64,000 bases of DNA from Octopus vulgaris (GCA_951406725.2 OX597831.1:54870001-54934000), one strand, 5' to 3'. Counted from the stretch's first letter, positions 1 through 13,960 are shown. Notes: generated by a model not told the origin, from the letters alone. Numbers and translations: made by a program.

Positions 1-1175
1 TTCGATTTTAACAGTTAATTTTTCAAAGCTATAATAGAAATGACAAAGGAGCATATTCGGTATATTTTGCTTTATGAGTTCAATAAAGGCAACAACACAA
101 TGGAAAGTGCAAGGAATATTAAAGCAGTATATAGGGATCAGACAATAAGCGCAATCTAGTGTCAACGGTGGTTCCAGAAATTCCGAGCCGGAAACTACAG
201 CCAAGGAGACGAGCGTCGTCTTGGAAGTTCCGTTGAGCTTAATGAGGACGTCCTGCAAACACTGGTGGAATAAAATCTCATCGTATCTGTTGAGGAACTA
301 GCAGAGAAACTTGGATTTGGTCATTCAACCATTCATCGATACCTGCGTGCCATCGGAAAAGTCAACAAATTGAGTCATTGGGTTCCTCACAAACTTTCTG
401 AGTCTAATCTCGTGCAGAGAGTGAATGTGTGCTCTTCTTTGCTATCATGTCTCACGACTGAACCTTTTTTAGGACGAATAGTGACTGGTGACGTAAATGG
501 GCTCTCTATAAAAATGTCAAGCGTCGAAGACAGTGGTTAGGGAAAGGAAAAATACCAGCACTCCAAGCTAAAGAAGGTCTTCACTCACGTAAGGTGCTGT
601 TGTCTGTTTGGTAGGATATGAAAGGTTTAGTCCACTTGGAACTTTTAAACCCAAACCAAACGATAACAAAGGAGATCTGCTGCGAGCAGCTTGAGCGGCT
701 TAAGTCAGTGATAGAAGAAAAACCACTATTTTTGGTTTCAAAATGAAAAGTGTACCCCCATCAGGAATGTCAGCGATAATGACATTCCAAAGGCTAGAGC
801 AGTTTGAAGGGAAAATGATGCCCCACCATATTCGCCGAACCCACCATATTCGCTGAACCCACCATATTTACCGAAACCACCATATTCGCCGGACAATGCC
901 GCATCTGATTATCATTTATTCCGTAGTCTTCAAAATCATTTGGACAGAAAAAATATGAATTCTGTAGACGAGGTAAGAACAGTACTGGAGGAGTATTTTT
1001 CGTCACGGGCAAGTGAATTTTGGAAGTGGGACCTTGCAAGTCTACCAGATAGATGGAAGAGCATTGTAGAAAATTAAGGAAAGCATATTTTAGATTAAGA
1101 AAGAATTTTGCTTATCTTATTTTGAAAAATAAAAGAAGTATAAAAAAAAACACACCATTTATGGGATGACCCAAT
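1..1175 (+). mobile_element. Mariner (Mos1/SETMAR-like) transposon, decayed; left end lies outside the window
   Basis: ATG at 40 gives MTKEHIRYILLYEFNKG; WVPH, IVTGD and PPYSPD...SDYHLFRSLQNHL motifs with stops and frameshifts; right TIR-like atttatgggatgacccaat ends about 1175. Confidence 0.88.
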
Positions 1176-2171
1176 GTGTGTGTGTGTGTGTGTGTGTGTG
1201 CGTGCGTACGAAATTATCATCAAAATAGAAAGTAATTAGTAATGAACTACCTCATTACGAATTTAATCTCCCAGGGACACCAACAAGAACAATAAAGCAA
1301 CAACGAAGCCACAACAGTAACAACAAAAGCTCTGCTCATATTTAAAATTCTTGGTAGGCTGACAAATGCCACTGTAATTTTGATGGCGAAACCCACGGAT
1401 TTACGAAAAACGTGTTTTTTCTGATGAACTTCATTTAAAAACAAGAATTCGAAATAATTATGAGCACAACGTGAGAGAAAAGTAACTGGCAGAGTAGTTA
1501 GATATTGTTGTGGTTTTTTTAGTTATTTTCGTTTATGTGTTAATGAATTGTCAATCAACATTTGTAGTCGAAATCCAGAAGGTGGGGTGTATAATGTGAT
1601 TTGGTGAGACCCAGAATGAATAATCAAGCAGAGTAATGCGAGTACAGAAGATAGACCAGACAGTTAGCATCTTCATAACAGAATCAGAAAAGAAGGAATA
1701 GTGTCTAGGTTCTCGCTGCTGCTCCTTCTTCTTTTGCTGCTATTTAACTCTGCTGCCAACTCCGATTTAGCAATTTTATGATGAAAGGCATCCCAGCCGT
1801 GACCATCTCATAGTTTTAGAGACATCTGAGATTACATTATCCAATGTGTCCTTAATTTGTTTTGTGATTCAAGAGAGGAACAGTGAATTGGAGAGAGTGA
1901 CAGAGAGATGGAGAGAGAGACAGGGAGATGGAGAGAGACAGAGAGAGATGGAGAGAGAGAGAAGGAGAGAGGGGAAAAAGAGAGAGATTTGGCTGCTATT
2001 TCTAGCTGGTCTAGGGCCGTATAATAGCTTCTTTGTTTTGGCTCATTGTCATTCGGCCCAAACGTGTTGCGACAAGCAGTAACTGCGTGTTAAATTGATT
2101 TTCTCAGAGAAGTGAACCTAGGAATCCTCTTGAATGAACACGTGCTAATGAGGAAGCCTCTAAATGGCCCC

Positions 2172-2803
2172 ATAGAATTTACAACTTCGTGGGTATTCAA
2201 GCAATATATTCGTAGATAGTAAATGGGTTGGATGTGGTATTGAAGAAGGTGCAATAATTTCTGAAATATGAATATATTATTTTTCTGTTTTCGGTCGCAT
2301 TCTTTACGTAGATTTATTCGTATACGAAACATCGTAACTTTCAGCGCTGGTACTAAATTAAAAAAAAAGAAGAAATCTACAAATACACTTAAAAATGAAA
2401 CAGCGTACTGTTAGCACAAAACTAGGATACGGCATTGACTTATGAGTCTTTGATATAATTGGTTGTATATTATGGTTACAAAACGAAATACGGTGTCCTA
2501 ACCAGTAATTAATATGTACGCAGCATTTTCCAGGAACGTGGTTAATATCTAATTTTGTCTATCCTATAGAATTATACCGCTGAACTTAGTGGATATTTCA
2601 GCAATGTATTCGTGGATAGTTAATGGGTTGGATGTGGCACTGAAGAAGAGGCAATGACTCCTGAAATATTCATATACATCAATTACCTATTTTTTCTATC
2701 TTCGATCACATTGTTTACATAGAGTATTCGCGTATGAAACGTTGTAACTTTCAGTGGTGACTCTAAATTTTATAGAAAATCTGAAGAGATAAATTTAAAT
2801 ATG
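2172..2803. repeat. Diverged direct duplication, period about 400 bp
   Basis: gcaatatattcgtagatagtaaatgggttggatgtgg at 2201 matches gcaatgtattcgtggatagttaatgggttggatgtgg at 2601; similarity extends over about 230 bp. Confidence 0.75.
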
Positions 2804-3483
2804 TGCGTTTGTGTTTGTCCCCACTATCGCTGAATCTATCTGTTGGTGTGTTTACGTAGCCGTAACGTAACGGTTCGGCAAAGGAGACCAATAGAATAAG
2901 TGCCGGGCTTTAAAAAAATGATAAGTACTGAGGACGATTCGTTCCATTACTGATTGAAACAAATAAAATATAAAAGAAGAAATGTGCTGTCACTATTATG
3001 TTATGATGAAGATGGTAAACAGTAGCATTAGGCATCTGAAGCAAGCATATTTGACGGGGTATCTGTCACCAGACCCAGTATTATACCTGTTCGTTGCTAC
3101 ATTTATACCCTCAGCCATCATTTCTATTCAGGATGTCTCATCTCACTGTTGGTATTCTCGTAATTCCACCAGTGGCAAAGAACACTAAATTTAAACAGAC
3201 ATTGGTCAGCTTGATTTGTGCCAGTATTTTATTATGATAGATCGCTAGTCACAGCCAAAAGAAGCATTTGACCCAGACTACCATCTTCCAACTGTTAAAC
3301 ATGGAGGAGAATCTGTGATGATCTGGGCCGGGGCTACATCTTGGATATCCGCCAGTCCAATGTTTTCCTTCGTTTATTTTCTCTCCTTGTTTCTTTCTGT
3401 GTTCCTTTCTGTGGAAGAGCGTAGGCTCGAAACGTTAAAGACTTTTTCACTTCCCGAGCGTTACTACACCACCTGTCTTCGTC

Positions 3484-3514
<31 letters not shown>

Positions 3515-3519
3515 CTCCA

Positions 3520-3910
3520 TATTTTATTATGAAGCAAGGTATGTTTATTTTAATGACAATGACATTCACTTCAATGTTTGGTCACTGGTGACTTCTTCAA
3601 ACCCCAAAACAAAACTAACACTGTGCAACACGACTTTTGTCTTTGGGTAGCAACTGTTATTTACTATTGGCATAACACTAGAAAGTAAGAAAAATGGCTA
3701 ATGTTTCCTTCAAATTTTGCTTTTGTTACATTTATTCACCCCCCCCCCCAAAGAATCTCTCTCAACATATGGTTATGCTGCTCCCCATTACTTCTGCTCA
3801 TGATCAGAAATGCACATATCGTCAGCTACTAAGGGACATGCTCAAGTAGTCAAGTGCAAGCAACTGGCAAGTAAATCTGTGGTACTGAGCAGGATATTTG
3901 CTATAATGAT
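3520..3910 (+). repeat. Interspersed repeat with a second copy in opposite orientation at about 25815-26215
   Basis: ttccttcaaattttgc...gatcagaaatgcacatatcgtcagctactaagggacat is the reverse complement of 26050-26190. Confidence 0.7.
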
Positions 3911-4543
3911 ATTTCTGTTTCAGCAACTCAGCGCTGAATCTATCAGAAATGTAATGGAAAATAAGTCAGTTTCAAAATATTGATGACCCGGTCACAAAAT
4001 AAAGTTTGATGGGAACAGTCGTCGTTTCCTTTGATTTCTAGATAGAAGCAAATAGGAAATAACACTTACTGATTAAAGACAAAAATAAAAATGTTCTTGT
4101 ATAGTGTAATATAAGTACCGCTGAAGGCTATCAAGGGAAGGGTGGAATGGAAAGTGATAAGATGGAAAGGACTGTGCGACGTGGTAGTTAAGCGAATAAC
4201 ATGTCAATTTCATCAGATGGAAAATGAGTTAGGAGTGTTCGTTTTTAATCCTATAATACACAATGGAATGAACATGTAGACTATAGCCAACACTTTGTCA
4301 CTAAATTGAAACTAGATAAGATTGGGCGGACATTTGTAGCTACCAATGTATTTAGTAAGTTCAATTAACACTCGTAGAGTAGGATGCAGTTAATAGGTTA
4401 AATATGTTGTACATTATATGGTCAGAACCGAATATTGCAAATGAATGCGTAGTACTTGCTCATGTATGTACATAGAGGTACTTGTTATCTGTGTGGTGGG
4501 CGCGCGCGTGTATGTGTAACTATACAGTTAAAAGGAGGAAGGA

Positions 4544-4574
<31 letters not shown>

Positions 4575-4691
4575 CGCATGCATGTATGTATATATGTATG
4601 TATGTATGCATGTATGTATGCATACACATATCAATTAAAGAATGACAGAAAATAGGATTTGCGTAATCAGCTTTACTAGCTTACAGCTGTA

Positions 4692-4756
<65 letters not shown>

Positions 4757-4761
<5 letters not shown>

Positions 4762-5141
4762 AAGCACTCCGTCGGTTACGACGATGAGGGTTCCGGTTGA
4801 TCCGAATCAACTGAACAGCCTGCTCGTGAAATTAACGTGTAAGTGGCTGAGCACTCCACAGACACGTGTACCCTTAACGTAGTTCTCGGGGATATTCAGC
4901 GTGACACAGAGAGTAACAAGGCCGGCCCCTTGAAATACAGGTACAACAGAAACAGGAAGTAAGAGTGAGAGAAAGTTGTGGTGAAAGAGTACAGCAGGGA
5001 TCACCACCATCCCCTGCCGGAGCGTCGTGGAGCTTTTAGGTGTTTTCGGTCAATAAACACTCACAACGCCCGGTCTGGGAATCGAAACCGCGATCCTATG
5101 ACCGCGAGTCCGCTGCCCTAACCACTGGGCCATTGCGCCTC

Positions 5142-5143
<2 letters not shown>
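4757..5143 (-). mobile_element. tRNA-head SINE, family C
   Basis: Minus-strand head ggcgcaatggcccagtggttagggcagcggactcgcggtc...ggtttcgattcc with A/B-box-like motifs. Related copies at about 6050-6365, 29060-29290, 51790-52066, 55190-55490, 58760-59060 and 61060-61377. Confidence 0.75.
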
Positions 5144-5208
<65 letters not shown>

Positions 5209-5214
5209 TAAATG

Positions 5215-5269
<55 letters not shown>

Positions 5270-5297
5270 ATATGTATGTATGTATGTATGTATAAAC

Positions 5298-5332
<35 letters not shown>

Positions 5333-5523
5333 TAAAAGGAATTCCAACCTTGTCTGATTTTCACGTTTTATTTACAGTCTTATAATGATATAGTATAAGA
5401 TAATATAATATAATGAAATAAAATAAAATAATAGAATGTTAAATTCTGATTGAACTAGTACTTTCATGCATTAAATTCTGCAATCTTCAGGTTCATGTAG
5501 TAGTGGTGACAGTCATGCTTCAC

Positions 5524-5617
<94 letters not shown>

Positions 5618-5969
5618 TTATAAATGATAGAGAATTTTTTTAGATAAACTTTTTTTAACAAAAGAAAAATTCCAAATATCACGACAAATTTGTTTCGTAA
5701 CTCAAAAACATGCAAATAACTTATATTATCATATTTGATCATAAATAAATTACTAACATATCTGCAAAAGGCAAAAAATTCATTCAAGATCAGGCAGAAT
5801 ATGAACTACGTCGCCAGTTGAAATTCTGCATTATTTTGAAGGAATTTTATTGCCATTGCATGGCATATTGGGCAAGTGTCTTCTATTATAGCCACAGGCC
5901 GACAAAAGCCTCGTCAATGGACTTGATAGGCCGAAACTGAAAGAAGCCCATCATATGTATTTGTGTGTG

Positions 5970-6004
<35 letters not shown>

Positions 6005-6551
6005 GTATGCATATGTATATAATGAAGAAATGTATATATATATAATGAATGACCATGGGATTGCACCTAGAAAGTTACCCTCCTAGACACAAGTCTGGGC
6101 AAGGTTGGTTTATGGAAGACCAGCAGTCGCCCATGCATACCGGCCTCCCCTCTCCACGTCACCGATGTTGTCCAAGGGAAAGGCAAGGGCCGATACAGCT
6201 TGGCACCTGTGACGTCGCAACTCATTTCTACAGCTGAGTGAACTCGAGCAACGTGAAATAAAGTGTCTTGCTCAAGAACACAACACGCAGCCCGGTCCGG
6301 GATTCGAGCTCACGACCTCACGATCGTAAGCTCGACGCTCTTACCACTGAGCCATGCGCCTTCACAGTTCACTCAGCTGTAGAAATGAGTTGCGACGTCA
6401 CTGGTGCCAAGCTGTATTGACCTTTGTCTTTCCCTTGGATAACACTGGTGGCGTGGAGAGGGGAGGCTGGTATGCATGGGCGACTGCTGTCTTCCATAAA
6501 CAACCTTGCCCGGACTTGTGTCAAGGAGGGTAACTTTCTAGGTGCAATCGG

Positions 6552-6587
<36 letters not shown>

Positions 6588-7192
6588 TGTATGTATGTAT
6601 GTATGTATATAGACGCACATATACGACGGGATGTTGAAAAGTATCGCAAAAGGCCTGGTTGGAGGCCCAACCTTCTGGTTTCTTTTACAGGGCTTAGTAA
6701 AACTGAAGGACCGGTGCAATAAGTATGTGAATCTGAGAAGGGAATATGTTGAATAAAATCCAGAAACTTTTCAGTACTTCCTCGAATGTGTGCATGCATA
6801 TTTGTGTGTGTATGTATATGTTAACACTTTTCCGTTTCTTACTTTATATTTACATTACTCTATTATTTACCACCAATCGCTAAGGTAACGATTATCTCAT
6901 ATCAAAATGAACATTAATGTTGGTGGATAAAATAGAGCAGCTTACGTAATTACATGATTACATGAGTGTATGCTTCATGTGAATATAAACTATACTGTTT
7001 TAGTAATTTGGTTGCATCCTGTTTTTACAGGATAGGAGAGATTGATTTTGATCAACCAAGCGATGTTGATCAACCAAGCGATTAGTATTTCTTTGCTTTC
7101 TTTGTCGGTCCACCATTTTCCAGCTTGCATTGACGATGGAAGCACATAAATGATTGAATAATTGCACCATTATATGCATGTGTATATATATA

Positions 7193-7240
<48 letters not shown>

Positions 7241-7302
7241 CTTGTGGTGTGTATTTGAGTGTCATTTATATAACATAAGTATTGCAGTTATATAATCTAT
7301 TA

Positions 7303-8922
7303 CACTGGGGAACAAATTTAAACGTTTTGCCTGGGTTCGCTCAGCACGAATTTTTATTCAGATTTGCTCTTTCAGGTACTGATTTTGACACCGCAATACG
7401 ACCTGTGCCACATTCGAATGAAATCCCCATTCCAATATTTAAGAATCTGCTACCTCAAGAATTATTTGAAGATATTCCAGAAAGTATTGTTGTACATTCT
7501 GAGGAGTCTGACATTGATTTTAACTCCTGTGTATTTGAAAGTCAAAATGATCTGCAAAAGTTTAACCAGGGTGAGTTGAATGATCTTGTAAAGGATCTTA
7601 ATTTACCAAAAAAAGGCTGCGGAAATTTTAGCTTCAACACTTAGAGAGTAAAACTTGCTTACTTCAAACACATACATTACATTTTAGAGAAAAAGAGAAC
7701 TTCTTAAATATTTTAGAACTGAGAATGATTTAGTATATTGTTGCGACATTCCTGGTTTGTTACAGGAGATGGGGATTGAATCTTACGCTTGTTTTTAGAC
7801 AGTTCGGAAAGAAGGTTTAAGTGTGTGTTGTTGCATAATAGCAACCTATATGGCTCGATATCGATTAGGCACTCAAAAAGGAAAGTATAAACATACAGTA
7901 AAGATTTTAAATCGTATCAGATATAGGGAGCACTAGTGGATCATAAGTGTAGACTTAAAACTGGTTAATTTTTCTGCTAGGACAACAAGCAGGGTATACT
8001 ATATATCCCTGTTTCCTTTACTTAACATTATCTCAGACAAATCTGGCCAATGTGAACTGCACTTACTGTCGGAGGAAAAAAAATGTAAATATCCACCTTT
8101 AGTGACCAGAGATAAAATCATATTTCCTCCTCTGCATATCAAACTAGGCTTTATTAAACAGTATGTAAAAGCTTGAGATATGTAACTTCAAAATTTCCAA
8201 GTTTAAGTTGTGAAAAAATTACAGCGGGAATTTTCAACTGTCCACAAATAAGAACATAAATTAAAGACTATGATTTTCCTAATGTCATATATGAACGCGA
8301 AAAAATGCCTGGTACTCATTCGTGAGATTAGTAGAAAGCTTTCTAGTCAGTTATGGGGCAGATAACTACGAAGAAATCGTTAAAAGTTTTTAAGAGGCAA
8401 CAAAAAGATAATTTGCAATATGAGCGTAAACATGCATTTTTTGAATAGCCCTCTTGACTAATTTCCAAGTAATTTAGGTGCTGTAAGGGATGAACAAGGG
8501 GAAAGATTCCACCAAGATATCAAAATTATGGAGGAACAGTACCAAGGACGCTGGGATTCCCTATGATGGCTGATTATTGTCGGTGCTTGAAAACAGACCT
8601 GTCATCAACAAGCAAATACGCTAGAAAGTTTTATAAAATAAAATTTTTGCCAGAGTGAAAGCTTCATATCTCTTTATTTTAAGTCATTTCTAATGATATA
8701 ATGTTATTTTACAGTTGTTTAAACTGCTTATATTCATGAAACTTGAAAATAAATTTAAACATATGGCTTAATTTTTTAGTCCTAATTTGAAAATTCTGGA
8801 AAATGGTATATAGGCTGTTGACAAGACAGGGTCAAACTGAGTTGAAATTCGAACTCAACATACCAAAATTACTTCGAATCAAGTGTCAGATATCATTGAA
8901 TGAAATATGTGTTCCCCCAATG
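7303..8922 (+). mobile_element. Chapaev3-like (CMC superfamily) DNA transposon, internally deleted and decayed
   Basis: TIRs CACTGGGGAACA / TGTTCCCCCAATG flanked by TTA on both sides (TWA target duplication). Transposase remnants FNQGELNDLVKDLNLPK, PPLHIKLG, GAVRDEQGERFHQDIKIMEEQYQGRWD and MADYC, with stops and frameshifts. Confidence 0.8.
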
Positions 8923-9220
8923 TTATTTAAATGACTGAGCTGAAAGTGGGTGTAATTACTTAATTATTTAACGAAGCAGTATTGCAGAATCTATTTTTCT
9001 CACATTAAAATGTGAACGTGATAAACGCGTTTCTGCACCAAACGTTTTTCTTTATTTCTGCTTCTTTTTTTTTTTTTGTCGGATAGGTGATGGGTGGTGG
9101 TGCGGTAAATTTTTTTTTAGTTGTTATTGTTAATTTTCATCATTATTATAATTCCTATTATTTAAAAACCATTTGAATATGTCCTTTGCAATAACCACTG
9201 AATTAGAAATTTTGTTAATA

Positions 9221-9334
9221 GCAGGAGTGGCTGTGTGGTAAGTAGCTTGCTTACCAACCATAAGATTCCGGGTTCAGTCCAACCAAAAGCCTTGTGAGTA
9301 GATTTGGAAGACGGAAATTGAAAGAAGCCCGTCG

Positions 9335-9421
<87 letters not shown>

Positions 9422-9617
9422 CCCCTCCCCAACATCGCTTGACAACCGATGCTGGTGTGTTTACGTCCTCGTCACTTAGCGGTTCGGCAAGGGAGACCGA
9501 TAGAATAAGTACTAGGCTTACAAAGAATAAGTCCTGGGGTCGATTTGGTCGACTAAAGGCGGTGCTCCAGCATGGCCGCAGTCAAATGACTGAAACAAAT
9601 AAAAGAATAAAAGAATA
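9221..9617 (+). mobile_element. tRNA-head SINE, family A, with an internal (TA)/(TG) microsatellite
   Basis: Head gcaggagtggctgtgtggtaagtagcttgcttaccaacc...gggttcagtcc; tail gtcaaatgactgaaacaa. Near-identical copies occur elsewhere in the window. Confidence 0.8.
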
Positions 9618-11386
9618 GCAACAGCAGGTACAGTAGAAACAGCATCAACATCAGTAGCAACAGCAGCAGGTGCCTTGCACGTATTTAAAATGCTAATTAA
9701 GTTGAAAGCTGTGAATCAACATTTAAGGTCGAAATACATGGTTTCGAAATCATGCGTATTATAATGAACTTCATTTTGGAACAGGAGTCAAGAGTAAAGA
9801 GACAGAACAACGTGAGAGACACAGACCAGTTAGTCTGCTGTTATAAATATCCTTCTCTACGGCTGGGACAGTGACGGGCATTGTCTAAGATGTGGTCGTT
9901 GTCATTGTTGTCATCGTCGTCGTTGATTTGTCCAGGTTAACCCTGATCACCCCGACATGCGATCGAAAGCAATTAAGTGGTGAATAGCAGTCCTTTTTAA
10001 GACATCTAAAGCTATATTATTCTATGTGTCCTTCATCTTATTTTTTTATCAGGTGGTTGGTTGTAATAAGAGGGGAGCGAGTTATTTGCTTGTTTACTTC
10101 TGGCAGGGCAAGGGCCTGTGTAAAAGCTGCCTAGTTGGCTCAATGTCATTTAGTAAGAAGTGTCGTGACTGTTAGAAATAGAAATCATGTGATTTATTTG
10201 CTTAGAATTGCGAGCCTGGGAGCTATCTAGGTTCAGTAATTCAAATTAGCCTTTTAAAATGCTTCAACTAGAAATGTCATTTAATGAAAACCAGACTTTT
10301 TAAATGTAATATTAAAATGGACAATATAAAAAATAGAAAGTAATTCAAAAGTACCCAAATGAACTCGATAACTTATTAACTCATACGTTTCTAATAAACA
10401 GGAAAGCACAAACATTCATACACGCCTTTGTTCCAAATAAACAGGAAAGGGTGTGTAGTTGGGTTATCCTCCTTTTCCTTTTCTCGTTCAAATTAAATTT
10501 GGTTATAGTTTTGCCGATACACGCATCCAGACAAACGTTTTTCATTAAAACCCCATTTTAGGGAGTGGTGATGTAACAGTCAGTAGAGGCTCCTTTACGT
10601 TCTCAGTTTGAATCTCACCAGAGACCTTATTTGGGGAGAGGGAGCTTTCTTTCAATCACTCAGCTTCCAGAAATTATAGTTGTCTTTTTTCTAGAAATAA
10701 TTATGAAATTAAAATATTATTTTTCGTGATTATTTTTCGTAATTATTAAAAGCAGACTGCAAATTGATAGTCATAGGAATGTCAGAGAGAAATTCACTGA
10801 GTTCAACTACCGCCGAGATCAACTTTGCCTTTCATCGTTTTGAGGTCAATAAATAAAGTATCGTTTCAGTCTTTGGATCTATTTCTCTCCCTCCCACCCT
10901 TTCTCACTACCACCACCACCACCACCACCACTACTTTTCATCTAGAAAAAAATATGCTGTGTCCAAATCTGGAAAGGATGGAGAAGGGTTCACCTGCTTT
11001 AAATAAATTGCCCAAGACACGATATATCTCACAAAGATGTCCTACCAACTTCACCAAAAGCTAAGAGTTCAATCTCGGCGGCAAAATAGCACGAATTCAA
11101 ATATCTAATCCCGTCAAATATTGTTTTCAAATTCTAGGACAAGAGCAACAATTTCAGAGAGGGAGACAAGTCGATTACATGGAGCCCAGTCCTCAACCGG
11201 TATTTATTTTATAAACCCCCAAAAGGATGAAAGGCAAAGACGACCTCGGTGGAATTTGATGTCAGAACTTAAAGACGGACGAAATGCATTTCGCCAGGCG
11301 AGCTAACAATTCTGCAAATTCATTGCCTTAATTCTGCTGGAGGAAACATACGTGTGTGCGTGTGTGTATGTATGTATATATATATG

Positions 11387-11459
<73 letters not shown>

Positions 11460-11544
11460 AAGTGTACGTGTTTGTGTATATATACATACATACATACATA
11501 CATACGTATGTATGTATATATGTACGTATACACAAACACATACA

Positions 11545-11588
<44 letters not shown>

Positions 11589-12204
11589 TGTGCTTATACG
11601 TATATGTATATGATAAATCGTTAGCCACTACACACATTTTTTTCTCGCCTTTTTTTTCTCCTTGTTTTTTCTGTGTCCCTTTCTGTAGAAGAGCGTAGGC
11701 TCGAAACGTAGAAAACTTTTTCTATTCCTGAGCGTTATGCTAATACATCTGTTTGTTTTGTACACCACCTGTCTTCGTCTTTTGTTTTCTTCGTAAACTC
11801 TCCCTATACATATGTGTGTGTGTGTGTGTGTGTGTATGAATGAATGTATGTATGTATGTATGTATGTATGTATGTATGTATGTATGTATGTATGTATGTA
11901 TGTATGTATGCATACATGTATGTATGTATACAATCAATATAACCAATTCAAACATGGACAAGCAAGGGAAAGCAATAACGCGAGGATGTGGAATAAGTAC
12001 AGTGATATTGGACGCTCAAGAAAGGAAAGAAAAGAAAAAGGATTTCACGTTTCGAGCGGAGCTCTTCATCAGAAATATAGCAAAAATCCAAAGAAGAGAA
12101 GACGGAGAAAGAAAATCGCCAACGTAACGATACACACGCGGTCACATATTGAAATACATATGCATATTCATACGCACACGCCCACACACACACACACATC
12201 TATG

Positions 12205-12294
<90 letters not shown>

Positions 12295-12297
<3 letters not shown>

Positions 12298-12700
12298 GGC
12301 CGGATTAAGATCCATCGAGGCCCTAAACACTTAAAAGATTTTGATGCCCCCATCAAAGATTATGTAATTCAAAATATAAACAATAACAAACCATAAGATA
12401 AATTTTTATTTTTCAAAACAGTAAAAGGGAAAATAATGTTGATTTTTGTATACTTCTACTTTATTTATATTTGAAAAGTTTCCTCCTACTTTTTTGAATT
12501 GCAAAGACTTTGATCAGATCCTCAAAATTCATCTTAGGTAACACATCTGTATCTATACTTAGTAGATATAAAGGCATCCTGAATATTTTTTAGCAAGTTT
12601 AAAGTGATTTCTTGTGTTGTAAACCACTTAACAATTCTGTGGTGCCACCTCCTTCCCTTGATGCCCTATGCACGTGCTTATTTTGCTTAATGGTTAATTC
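12295..12700 (-). mobile_element. Non-autonomous hAT (Tip100/ZMYM1-like) derivative
   Basis: Terminus CAGGGCCGGATTAA at 12295. Minus strand encodes LLSIDTDVLPKMNFEDLIKVFAIQKSRRK, resembling the hAT dimerisation-domain C-terminus. The other TIR is truncated at ttaatggttaatt. Confidence 0.65.
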
Positions 12701-13960
12701 CCGCCGTTTTTTAATTTAATTTTTTTTAAAGGTTTAATAAAAAATAACAACTAATTAATCATTAATGTATTCATCCTTGTTGTTTACAACTTCTCCCCAA
12801 CGTTCAACAAGATTTTCAATACCTCGTTGGTAGAAATCACCCGATTTCGACTCGAAAAATTGATCCAACCAAGCTCTCAATTCTGCGTCAGTATTGAACG
12901 AAACTCTGCGCATAGCATTTGAAAGAGATCAAAAGAGGTGGAAATCCGTTGCTGCCAAATCAAGAGAGTACGGCGGGTGTGGCAGCGCTTCCCAGCCATG
13001 CGTTTGAATGGCTTCCTTGGTGATATTGGTGATATGAGGGCGGGCGTTGTCGTGCAGCAGAAGAACTCCATGCTGCTGATTTGGTCTTTTCTCTTGAATA
13101 GCCATGTTAAGTCGTTCTATCTTGTGAATATAGAGTTCCGCATTGACCATTTGGTTCCGTTCAAGCAAATCGTAATGGATAATCCGTTCCCAGTCCCACC
13201 ATACGCACAACATCGTTTTACGCGGATGAAGATCTTGCTTCAAGCGCGGTATCGCTTGTTTACTGGGGCTAAGCCATTCCTTACGCTGCTTCATATTGAT
13301 GTACAGACACCATTTTTCGTCGCCAGTAACAATTCAGTAAAAAAATTCGTTGCTTGTGTCCATGAGTTGAGCGGTGACGAGCAAGCAAACCAGCAGAGAT
13401 TGTGGCTCGTTGATTTTTGCTGTTGTCACTTAAAGCATGCGGAACCCATGCTCCATACTTCTGAACCTTTCCCCTCGAGTGAAGATGCTTCTCTATAGTA
13501 GTGTGGGAGCATTCCATTTTCTCTGCCAGTCGTTTGACGAGAATGTTCGTGCAAAAGTTAGTTTAATCGCTCTTCATCGAACTCAACTGGACGGCCAGAA
13601 CGAGGTGTATCTTTGAGGTCAAAATTTCCGTTTTTGAACTTGGCATACCAATCACGAGCGGTTCTTTCAGCTATGGCACCCTCTCCATACACAGCACAAG
13701 TGTCGCGAGCAGCTTTTGCGGCCTTAGAACCTTGATTAAAAACAAAAAGAAGGAGGTGTCGAAAATGCTCGTTTTTCTTAACTTGACATTCCATTTTAAT
13801 GATCTGAAAATAAACAAAAATTAACTAAAATTAACTAGAAAAAAAAAGATTAAAAAATGATTCAAAAATAGAATTTTCGAAAAAAATAGATACCAAAATT
13901 TTAAAATGCAATAAATTCCTAAATTTAGAAAAACAGCGGGATTTTAGTTGCCAATCCAAT
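12700..13960 (-). mobile_element. Mariner transposon with a broken transposase (12755-13794)
   Basis: MECQVKKNEHFRHLLLF...PRSGRP, WVPHAL, LLHDNARPH and HPPYSLDLAATDFHLF are spread over three frames. TIR gcgggattttagttgccaatccaat then TA at 13960; the other TIR is partly lost. Confidence 0.92.

Noticed and set aside
9221-9285. tRNA genes at SINE heads (also about 5070-5143 and 55190-55260)
   Set aside because: A/B-box-like heads run into repeated SINE bodies and I could not fold a complete cloverleaf; treated as SINEs.
12938-13498. 186-aa plus-strand ORF
   Set aside because: Antisense shadow of the mariner transposase.
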